Source: Gemmatimonadaceae bacterium (GTDB taxonomy: Bacteria > Gemmatimonadota > Gemmatimonadetes > Gemmatimonadales > Gemmatimonadaceae). Taken from it: a stretch of 49,319 bases of DNA. The stretch lies in assembly GCA_040902005.1 (NCBI GenBank), contig JBBDYA010000010.1, forward strand, positions 1 to 49,319. Direction: 5' to 3'. The translations under genes were made by a program, and so were the position numbers. A model generated the notes under the pieces. That model searched no databases, had not been told where the DNA came from, and was given only the letters and a program-made list of their open reading frames with translations. The number at the start of each line of letters is the position of its first letter. Within the stretch, counting starts at the first letter, position 1. Of the stretch, positions 1 to 7,527 are shown piece after piece.

Positions 1-1
1 C

Positions 2-892
2 GAAGCGGTGCGCGGCGTGAAGGTCAGCGTGGGTGAGCCATTCTTCAACCGGATGGCGGTCCCGGCGATGGTGGCGCTGATCTTTCTCATGGGCGTTGGG
101 CCCGCGCTGCCATGGGGCAGCTGCACGTGGGCTGAAGCGCGCAGACGGTTGTTCCCGCCTGCCATCGGCGCCGTCATTCTCGGCGCGATCGCGGTCCTCG
201 CCGGCGCCCGAACGATCAGCGTGATCCTTGCGTTCGCTCTGGTGGGGTACGCCGCAACCGGCAACCTGCGGGAATACTGGATCGGCATGCGCGCTCGACG
301 CCGCGCACATGGCGAGAGTTGGGCGACGGCGCTGGTGCGTCTCATCCGCGGCAATCGCCGCCGCTACGGCGGCTACGTGGCGCACATCGGCGTGCTATTC
401 GTCGCGCTTGGTGTCACGGCGTCGTCCGCGTTCCGTTCGGAGCGCGAAGCCACGCTCGTGCCGGGCGGGTCGCTCACGGTCGCCGGACAGACGGTGCGCC
501 TGAAGAGCGTGTGGGGTCGCGAGGAACCACAGCGATCCGTGATCGGCGCCACGCTGGAGGTGCTCGGCACTGACGGCGCGGTGATCGGCACCATCGCGCC
601 ACGCATGAACTATTACCGCGTATCGGACCAGCCCGTCCCGACGCCGGATGTCCGCAGCGGCTTGCGCGGCGATCTCTACGTCAATCTCATGGCGTTCGAC
701 GCCAACGGCGCCAACGCGACCGTGAAGGTGATCGTCGAGCCGCTCGTGCCGTGGATCTGGTTCGGCGGATTCGTCATCGTGGCCGGCGCCGTCATCGGCC
801 TGTTCCATCGCGGCCACCGTAGGACGGCACCGGAGTTCGTTACCGAAAGTGCCCCAACACCGGATCCGGCTCTGGCCACGGCGGCTCCGTGA
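2..892 (+). CDS. ccmF: Cytochrome c heme lyase CcmF, C-terminal part (5'-truncated by window edge)
   Basis: SVGEPFFN, RRYGGYVAHIG and PLVPWIWFGG motifs typical of the CcmF C-terminus; the frame is open from the window start; upstream of ccmG/ccmH-like genes. Confidence 0.93.
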   Translation, partial: EAVRGVKVSVGEPFFNRMAVPAMVALIFLMGVGPALPWGSCTWAEARRRLFPPAIGAVILGAIAVLAGARTISVILAFALVGYAATGNLREYWIGMRARRRAHGESWATALVRLIRGNRRRYGGYVAHIGVLFVALGVTASSAFRSEREATLVPGGSLTVAGQTVRLKSVWGREEPQRSVIGATLEVLGTDGAVIGTIAPRMNYYRVSDQPVPTPDVRSGLRGDLYVNLMAFDANGANATVKVIVEPLVPWIWFGGFVIVAGAVIGLFHRGHRRTAPEFVTESAPTPDPALATAAP

Positions 893-1482
893 ACTGGAGG
901 CGCGCGTTCATCGCCATGGTCGCCGCGGTGCCGATCATCGCGCTGTTCGCGTTTGGCTTCACCCGCAATCCGGCTGAAATCCCCTCTCCCCTTCCCGGGC
1001 GCGATGCCCCAGCGTGGGCCCTCGCGGTTTTTGCGCCCGGCGAACCGCCGCTCGCGCGGCCGGTTGGCGATACGCTCCGTCTCCACGACCTGCTCGGCAA
1101 AGTGGTCGTCGTGAATTTCTGGGCCTCGTGGTGTCTCGCGTGCCGCGACGAGCATGTCCCGCTCAGTGAGACCGCGCGTCACTACGCGGACCGGCCGGCG
1201 CAGTTCATTGGTGTGCTGTACAACGATCGGCCGTCCGCGGGGATACGCTGGATCACACAAATGGGCGGCCAGAGCTATCCGTCCGTGACCGACAACAATT
1301 CGCGGACAGCCATCGATTACGGACTGTACGGAGTGCCGGAAACCTTCATCGTCGACACGAAAGGACGTATCGCGTACAAGCACCTCGGACCCATTTCGGA
1401 GAGGGTGCTGCGTCAGTGGATCGACTCCCTACTGCCCAGGGCGGCGGGCGGCGATACGCCGCGGCGCGACTCAGTCCGGTGA
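889..1482 (+). CDS. ccmG: CcmG/DsbE/TlpA thiol-disulfide oxidoreductase
   Basis: N-terminal TM anchor, VVNFWASWCLAC and YGLYGVPETF motifs; GTGA overlap with ccmF. Confidence 0.9.
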   Translation: MNWRRAFIAMVAAVPIIALFAFGFTRNPAEIPSPLPGRDAPAWALAVFAPGEPPLARPVGDTLRLHDLLGKVVVVNFWASWCLACRDEHVPLSETARHYADRPAQFIGVLYNDRPSAGIRWITQMGGQSYPSVTDNNSRTAIDYGLYGVPETFIVDTKGRIAYKHLGPISERVLRQWIDSLLPRAAGGDTPRRDSVR

Positions 1483-1910
1483 AGTCGCTCGTTGCGCTCA
1501 TGGTTGTCGCGCTGTGCGCCGCCTGGCCCGCGAGAGCGCAGGACGCCGGGACGCGTCCAGCGTCAACTTCGACGGCCGACTCCGCGCTCGAGGCTCGAAC
1601 GGCCGCGATCGCGGCGACACTCCGTTGCCCCGTGTGCCAGGGTGAAGCCATCCAGGACTCGCCGGCGGAGCTCGCGCAGCAGATGCGCGCCGTCGTGCGG
1701 GACCGGTTGCGCGCCGGTGAAACACCGGACGAGATCAAAGCCTATTTCGTCTCGAAGTACGGCGAGTGGATCCTGCTCGAACCCCGCATGACGGGCCTCA
1801 ACATCCTGCTCTATGTTTTCCCCGTCGCGCTCATCAGCGGCGGCCTGGCGCTCGTCGCGGTCCTCGTCCGGCGATGGACTACACCGAAGGCAAACGCGGA
1901 CGAATCGTGA
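1479..1910 (+). CDS. ccmH: Cytochrome c biogenesis protein CcmH
   Basis: LRCPVCQGE motif, YFVSKYGEWILLEP, signal peptide and C-terminal TM; GTG start overlapping the ccmG stop. Confidence 0.92.
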   Translation: MKSLVALMVVALCAAWPARAQDAGTRPASTSTADSALEARTAAIAATLRCPVCQGEAIQDSPAELAQQMRAVVRDRLRAGETPDEIKAYFVSKYGEWILLEPRMTGLNILLYVFPVALISGGLALVAVLVRRWTTPKANADES

Positions 1911-2623
1911 CAACGGGCAAATCCGGCGTAAAACGCCGATTCTGTAGTGAATGCGGCACGCTGCTCAACGTGGACGCGCGGTTCTGTCATGACTGCGGCT
2001 CACCAATCGAGGGTCGGCCTGCCGGCGCGCGCGCGGCCAGTGGCGCCTCCAGCGCTCCCAACGCGTGGAGGTGGGGAGTCCCGGCTGTCGCAGTCGTCGC
2101 GCTCGTCCTGCTCATGATCTTCCAGTTTGGCTCGCGCTCACCGAGCGATGACTCCGCAGCCACCGTACCGCTCGGCGCGCGCGCGGCGCAAGCGCCCGAC
2201 ATTTCGTCGATGTCGCCGGAAGAGCGAGCCGATCGCCTGTTCAATCGGGTGATGCGGCTGTCGAGCGAGGGAAAAGCGGACAGCGCGGCGTTCTTTGCGT
2301 CGATGGCGATGGGCGCGATCGCAACGCTCACGCCCCTCAATGCGCATCGGCGCTACGACATGGGCCTCATCGCGCTCGTCAGCGGGGACGCCCCGACGGC
2401 AAGAGCTCAGAGCGACACGATCCTGGCTCAGCATCCCACGCACTTGCTTGGCCTCTCGCTCGCCGCGCGCGTCGCGGATGCGCGAGGCGACGTGGCCGCG
2501 AGCAGGGCCTTCCGACGGCGGCTCCTGGCCGCGGAATCAGCCGAGCGAGCGCGCGCGCTGCCGGAATACACCGACCACGACGCCGACATTCGCGCCGCCG
2601 TTGAGCTGGCGCGCCAACGCTGA
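1907..2623 (+). CDS. Zinc-ribbon membrane protein with helical/TPR-like periplasmic domain
   Basis: CSECG..CHDCG pairs, one TM helix, Ala-rich helical C-terminus; GTGA overlap with ccmH. Confidence 0.75.
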   Translation: MTTGKSGVKRRFCSECGTLLNVDARFCHDCGSPIEGRPAGARAASGASSAPNAWRWGVPAVAVVALVLLMIFQFGSRSPSDDSAATVPLGARAAQAPDISSMSPEERADRLFNRVMRLSSEGKADSAAFFASMAMGAIATLTPLNAHRRYDMGLIALVSGDAPTARAQSDTILAQHPTHLLGLSLAARVADARGDVAASRAFRRRLLAAESAERARALPEYTDHDADIRAAVELARQR

Positions 2624-2653
2624 CCGGGAACGGGAGACGTCGCGGCTCGCGAC

Positions 2654-3649
2654 TTAGGGTGCCGCCGCCTTCACCCTCCTCCCCGGCTCCACCACCTCGA
2701 TCGCCTCGACCGCTTCGACCGCCTTGGCTGCCTCGGCTGCCGGGCTCGCCGCGCCGTTGCGCGGAACGAGTCCCGCCGCGCCCATGATGCCCATCAGTGA
2801 CGGGACGTTCAATGAGTCGGCCAGTCCCGACGGCACCACCATCAGTGAGCCGCGCTTGACGATGCTCTCGTACAGCATGTTCATCGCGCGCAGGTTCATC
2901 GCCGCGGGGTGGTCGCGGTATGCGTCGGCCGCTTCCACGAACTTGTGGGCGATCTCCGTCTCCGCGGTTCCGAGAATGATGCGCGCCTGCCGCTCCCGCT
3001 CGGCCTGCGCCTGGCGCGACATCGCGTCCTCGAGCGCGGCGGGAATGATGACGTCGCGAATCTCGACGGACTGCACCTGGATTCCCCAGTTCTGCATCTT
3101 CTGCTCGAGCGCCAGCTTGAGCCCATGTCCGAGCTCGACGCGAGACTGGATCAGTTCCGCGAGATCATGCTTGCCAATGGCGTCGCGTAGCGCGGTCTGC
3201 GCCGAGAGGATGACCGCCTCGTCGTAGTCCTGCACCTCCAGCGCCGCGCGCTCCGCGTCCCGGACGATCCAGAACGCGATGGCGTCGACGTTGACCGGCA
3301 CGGTGTCGCGCGTCAGACACGATTCGGCGCCAAAGGCGGTGGTCCGGATGCGTTGATCGATGGTGTAGGCGATGCGGTCGAGGATCGGTAAAACGGCAAA
3401 GTACCCGGGGCCTCGCAGTCCGCGGTAGCGCCCAAGCCGCATGAGCACCGCTTTCTCCCACTGGTCGGTGTACTTGATCGACGCGGCGAGAAAGATCCAC
3501 ACCCCCACGCCCGCGGCGGCCACCAGCGGGAGCGGCACGCCCGTGATGAACAGCGCCCCAGCCAGCCCGGCACCGCCGATCAGCCCTGCTGCAAGAGCGG
3601 CGAAGGAGTAGCGGGTGTCGTTCGGAGTTTTTCGGGTCATGTTCATCAC
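2654..3649 (-). CDS. SPFH/stomatin (slipin) family protein
   Basis: LTRDTVPVNVDA, AQTALRDAIG, VEIRDV and AMSRQAQAERER are stomatin hallmarks; the start may be ATG at 3640. Confidence 0.92.
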   Translation of the reverse strand: MMNMTRKTPNDTRYSFAALAAGLIGGAGLAGALFITGVPLPLVAAAGVGVWIFLAASIKYTDQWEKAVLMRLGRYRGLRGPGYFAVLPILDRIAYTIDQRIRTTAFGAESCLTRDTVPVNVDAIAFWIVRDAERAALEVQDYDEAVILSAQTALRDAIGKHDLAELIQSRVELGHGLKLALEQKMQNWGIQVQSVEIRDVIIPAALEDAMSRQAQAERERQARIILGTAETEIAHKFVEAADAYRDHPAAMNLRAMNMLYESIVKRGSLMVVPSGLADSLNVPSLMGIMGAAGLVPRNGAASPAAEAAKAVEAVEAIEVVEPGRRVKAAAP

Positions 3650-3688
3650 CTCATGAGAGAAAGTTGGCCGGCGAGCCGGCCGCTGCTT

Positions 3689-4978
3689 CTATTTCGTGCG
3701 CACGGGGCGCACGTCTTTTGGTTTCGCGCGGTTGCTGCGGGGACGCACGATCTGCGCGACACGCGTTTCGTCGATGTACGGGCTGCGCGCTTCGCCGAGC
3801 TCGATGGGAAGCGCCACGCGGACGAGCACCGTGAGAACGAACAGGCCGAGCGCCCACACGCCCGCGGTCACGCCCAGCTCGACCAGCGTTGGCGTGTACT
3901 CGACGATTTCGCCCAGCGGCGACGGGATGAACCCGGGCACCACCAGCCCCAGCCCTTTCTCGATCCAGATGCTGACGAACAGCACCGCGCAGGCAGGCAT
4001 CAGCCAGCGCGGATTGCGGCGCAACGGGTGGATCATCAGGGCGGTCGTCGCCAGCACGTTCAGCGCGATCGCCGTCCAGATCCACGGCACCAGCGCGTTG
4101 TGGCCGTCGATGCCGAAGAACAGGTACTTCGCGTTGATGCCGTGATGCGTCGGTGAGTAGAACTTGTAGAACAGCTCCGAGCCAAGCATCACGATGTTGA
4201 TCTGCGCCGCGACCGTCGTGACCAGCGCGAGCTTGGTGAAGGCGCCGTCGGCGATTTCGTATTTCGTCTCCTTGCGTATGAACCACAGGAGCAGAATCAC
4301 GAACGCGGGGCCGGCGGTGAACGCCGACGCGAGAAAGCGCGGGCCGAGCAGCGCGGTATTCCAGAACGGCCGCGCCGGCAGTCCCGCCAGGAGGAACGCC
4401 GTCACCAGGTGAATGCTCACCGCCCACATCACGGCGATGTACATCCAGGGGAGGTACTTCTTCTTCTCCGGCGTACGCCCGCCGTAGCGGCTGTACAGGA
4501 TGTAAAACGGAATGGCGAGATTGAGCGCCAGATAGCCGTTCAGCACCAGCACGTCCCAGGCTAGGAGCGACCGAGGCCAGTTCAGAAAGCCGATGCCCGG
4601 CATGAGGTGCCAACCGGCCAGCGGGTTGCCGATGTCGACCACCACGAACGTGAGGCACATGACCAGGGCGGCCACGGCAACGGCCTCCGCCATGAGCACC
4701 GCGCGGCCGAAGTCGACGTCCTGCAGGATGTAGGCGGGAAGCACCAGCATCATGGCGGCGGCCGCCAGGCCGACGAGGAATGTGAAGTTGGAGATGTAGA
4801 GTCCCCAGCTCACGTGATCGTTCAGTCCCGTGACGCCCAGTCCATACCGCAGCTGAATGCCATACGCGTACCCGCCGACGAGCATGATGAGCGTCAGGCT
4901 GCCCATCCAGAGGTGGTAGCGCCGGCCCCCGGAGGTCGCCGCGTGGAGCGCGTGCAGCGCGAATGGCTTCAGGTGCAC
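3689..4978 (-). CDS. NrfD/PsrC/DsrP-family integral membrane quinol-interacting subunit
   Basis: About 10 hydrophobic helices; GLGVTGLNDHVSWGLYISNFTFLVG and SLLAWD motifs of the NrfD/DsrP family. Confidence 0.9.
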   Translation of the reverse strand: MHLKPFALHALHAATSGGRRYHLWMGSLTLIMLVGGYAYGIQLRYGLGVTGLNDHVSWGLYISNFTFLVGLAAAAMMLVLPAYILQDVDFGRAVLMAEAVAVAALVMCLTFVVVDIGNPLAGWHLMPGIGFLNWPRSLLAWDVLVLNGYLALNLAIPFYILYSRYGGRTPEKKKYLPWMYIAVMWAVSIHLVTAFLLAGLPARPFWNTALLGPRFLASAFTAGPAFVILLLWFIRKETKYEIADGAFTKLALVTTVAAQINIVMLGSELFYKFYSPTHHGINAKYLFFGIDGHNALVPWIWTAIALNVLATTALMIHPLRRNPRWLMPACAVLFVSIWIEKGLGLVVPGFIPSPLGEIVEYTPTLVELGVTAGVWALGLFVLTVLVRVALPIELGEARSPYIDETRVAQIVRPRSNRAKPKDVRPVRTK

Positions 4979-4985
4979 GATCGCC

Positions 4986-5963
4986 TCAGTCGGTGAAATA
5001 CCAGAAGCGCGGCTCGGTCTTCAAGTCTTCCTTCAGCCGGAACACGCGCTTGTTCGCGAGCACCCACCGGATCTCCGAGCTCGGATCGAGCAAATTTCCA
5101 AACACCCGCGCTCCAGTCGGACAAGCTTCCGCGCAGGCCGGGAGCCGGCCCTGCCGGGTCCGATGGATGCAGAAGTGGCACTTCTCGACCACGCCCACTT
5201 TGCGTTCGCGGTTGCCCAGGTAGTGCTGGTTCGGGTTCAACTCGGCGACTGGCACTTCCGGCGCGCTCCAGTTGAAGCGGCGCGCCCAATACGGGCAGGC
5301 GGCCATGCAGTAGCGGCAGCCAATGCACCAGTCGTAGTCGATGACGGTGATGCCGTCGGGTTCCTGCCAGGTGGCGCCGACGGGGCAGACCTTCACGCAT
5401 GGGGGATCCGCGCATTGAAAGCACTGGGTTCCCATATAGAAGTGACCCTGCGCCGGCACCTCGTGCTGGAAGGTGGCGTCGGCGTGGTCGAGATCGACGA
5501 TACCGTCCTCCATCTCGAAAATGCGGATGTACTGCGTGGCCGCGCGGCGGTCGAGATTGTTCTCGTTGATGCAGGCCTCGACGCAGCTTCGAAATCCCTT
5601 GCACTTCGAGATGTTGAAGGCGTAACCGAACACGACGCCCGGCTGGGCGCCGGTCGACTGTATCGTGACGTCGGCACCTTGTTTGATCTTCGCGATGCGC
5701 TCGAGACGCGCGATGGTCTCGGCCCGTTCGGCTTCCGTCATGACGCGGTAGTTGCCTTTGATGTACTCCCGCCAAGCGAGGAGCTTCATCTCCCGCTCTT
5801 CGTCCGACATGGTGGTGAGCGGCGCGCACGCGCTCATCGCCTGTGAGGCAGCCGCCGCGCCGCCCAGGAGAATGGCCAGCGCGCGCCGCCGGTCGACGCG
5901 TTTCTGCAACATCGATCCGTCATCGGTGACGGCGACCGGCTCCGGTGTTCGCGCAGTGCTCAT
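4986..5963 (-). CDS. NrfC/DsrO-type iron-sulfur (4Fe-4S dicluster) protein with Tat-like signal
   Basis: DRRRAL twin-arginine leader; Cys groups CKGFRSCVEAC, CFQCADPPCVKVCP, CIGCRYCMAACP, CHFC..CAEACP. Confidence 0.92.
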   Translation of the reverse strand: MSTARTPEPVAVTDDGSMLQKRVDRRRALAILLGGAAAASQAMSACAPLTTMSDEEREMKLLAWREYIKGNYRVMTEAERAETIARLERIAKIKQGADVTIQSTGAQPGVVFGYAFNISKCKGFRSCVEACINENNLDRRAATQYIRIFEMEDGIVDLDHADATFQHEVPAQGHFYMGTQCFQCADPPCVKVCPVGATWQEPDGITVIDYDWCIGCRYCMAACPYWARRFNWSAPEVPVAELNPNQHYLGNRERKVGVVEKCHFCIHRTRQGRLPACAEACPTGARVFGNLLDPSSEIRWVLANKRVFRLKEDLKTEPRFWYFTD

Positions 5964-6721
5964 TGATCCCTGCCTCGGATTCGCTCGAGGCGCGGAGCGC
6001 GGAATGGGATGCGTGGCTCGATCGCGGGTTTGTGCGGATCGTGGCAGTCGGCGCAGCCCATGAGCACGCGCCGCCCCTGCCAGCCGTCGAGTCGCTTGCC
6101 ATGCGCGCCGCCCGCCCAGGCCTCAGCCTGCGCGAAGTGGCACTGCGCGCACAGCCGGTACGTGTGATCGAGCGTAACACGTTCGCCGCTCTTGAGCGCG
6201 AGGAACTCGACATTCCCGGCCGCATGGCAGGTGGCGCAGGCGCCGCCGGTCTGCACGGGGTGCGCTGTCTGGATGTTCTCGTGAGCGCCCACCACGCGCT
6301 TGTCAGCCAGCACCATGCGTCGGCCCAGGTGACACGACGTGCACGGGTACTGACCGAGGTCCGGCGCGCGCACCCGGAGCGACGTCCGCATGGTGATGGT
6401 GCCGAATCGCCTCGAAAGGGCGGTCGTGGGGTCCACGGTACGGAGCGCGACTTCGAACGGCTGGCTCCCCGGGCCCTGCCAGTTGTCGACCGGCGCTGCG
6501 TACACCGTCTGGAGCGCGCCAGGTTGGAGCGTCGCGTTACGGGTGGTCTCCAGCGTCAGGACTCCCGAGTCGGATTTCGCGCGTGCGATGTCTGGTGTCG
6601 GCTCGCCATGCGGCGCGCCGAGCGCTGCGCGGTCGGCCGCGCCGTCACGTTCTCCGCATGCGGCATTCATCCACACCACCGCGACCGAAATTGCCGCCAC
6701 GATCTCCCGGCGCCGGATCAT
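5960..6721 (-). CDS. Tetraheme c-type cytochrome, probable lipoprotein
   Basis: CTSCH, CATCH, CAQCH, CADCH; MIRRREIVAA..NAAC lipobox-like leader; ATGA overlaps at both ends. Confidence 0.85.
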   Translation of the reverse strand: MIRRREIVAAISVAVVWMNAACGERDGAADRAALGAPHGEPTPDIARAKSDSGVLTLETTRNATLQPGALQTVYAAPVDNWQGPGSQPFEVALRTVDPTTALSRRFGTITMRTSLRVRAPDLGQYPCTSCHLGRRMVLADKRVVGAHENIQTAHPVQTGGACATCHAAGNVEFLALKSGERVTLDHTYRLCAQCHFAQAEAWAGGAHGKRLDGWQGRRVLMGCADCHDPHKPAIEPRIPFRAPRLERIRGRDQ

Positions 6722-7527
6722 GGCGCGCCCTCGCCGCCACCGGCAGCAAGTCGCGCCGGGCGGACGAACACGTCTGCGCCCGTGGCCGCCGCCACATGGC
6801 ACTGGCGGCAGTTGGCCCGCTCCGGGTGAGCCGTCCGGATCTCCGCGACACCCGCGGGGGCGGCGTGGCATGCCAGACAGTTCCCGCGCATCTGCAGCGC
6901 GTGCGGAATCGGCGGCGGATTGCCGCCGCGTGTCACCTGCGTCAGTTTCGGCCAGTCGAGCGGCGTCCAGTTCACCGCGGAATCCCTCCACCGCGCGGCG
7001 TTCGGCGCGTGGCACTGGCGACAGCGGGCGCTGGGATCGATGCCCGGCAGCGGGATGGCCATGAGTTCAGCGTCGCCCACGTGACACTGCAGACACGCGC
7101 CCATTTCGGAATGCGGCGTCACCGGCACATAGGCCCCAAAACGCTGAGAGAATCCCCCGCGCTCGTGGCACGTCTTGCAGCCACCGGTCTGAAACTCCGT
7201 CGGGGTCAGCCCGTGCGGGATGCGCGGCGGCGCGCCCGGGTAGGCTCGAAGCGCGCGAAAGGTCGCCAGCGTGCGCGGATGCGCCGCGCGCCGCGCAGCT
7301 TGCATTGGCTCGATTGCCAACATGCCGGGGCGGATGCGGAACACCTCCGCTTCGGCGGCGATCGGCGTGCCGGCCTGCGCCAGGATGGGCACGGTGGCCG
7401 GTGCGGCCGTGCGGTGCGTCGTCACGCGCTCGGCCGCGAGGATCAGCGCACCCAGTGCCGTGACCGCCGAGGCGATGAGAAAGACACGCATCGGCAGAAC
7501 GGATGGGCGCCGCTCGGGGAATCTCAC
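6718..7527 (-). CDS. NapB-like multiheme cytochrome c (5 CxxCH, two NapB-type repeats)
   Basis: YPGAPPRIPH..CKTCH..CLQCH, CRQCH, NPPPIPH..CLACH..CRQCH; directly downstream of the napA-like gene. Confidence 0.82.
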   Translation of the reverse strand: MRFPERRPSVLPMRVFLIASAVTALGALILAAERVTTHRTAAPATVPILAQAGTPIAAEAEVFRIRPGMLAIEPMQAARRAAHPRTLATFRALRAYPGAPPRIPHGLTPTEFQTGGCKTCHERGGFSQRFGAYVPVTPHSEMGACLQCHVGDAELMAIPLPGIDPSARCRQCHAPNAARWRDSAVNWTPLDWPKLTQVTRGGNPPPIPHALQMRGNCLACHAAPAGVAEIRTAHPERANCRQCHVAAATGADVFVRPARLAAGGGEGAP

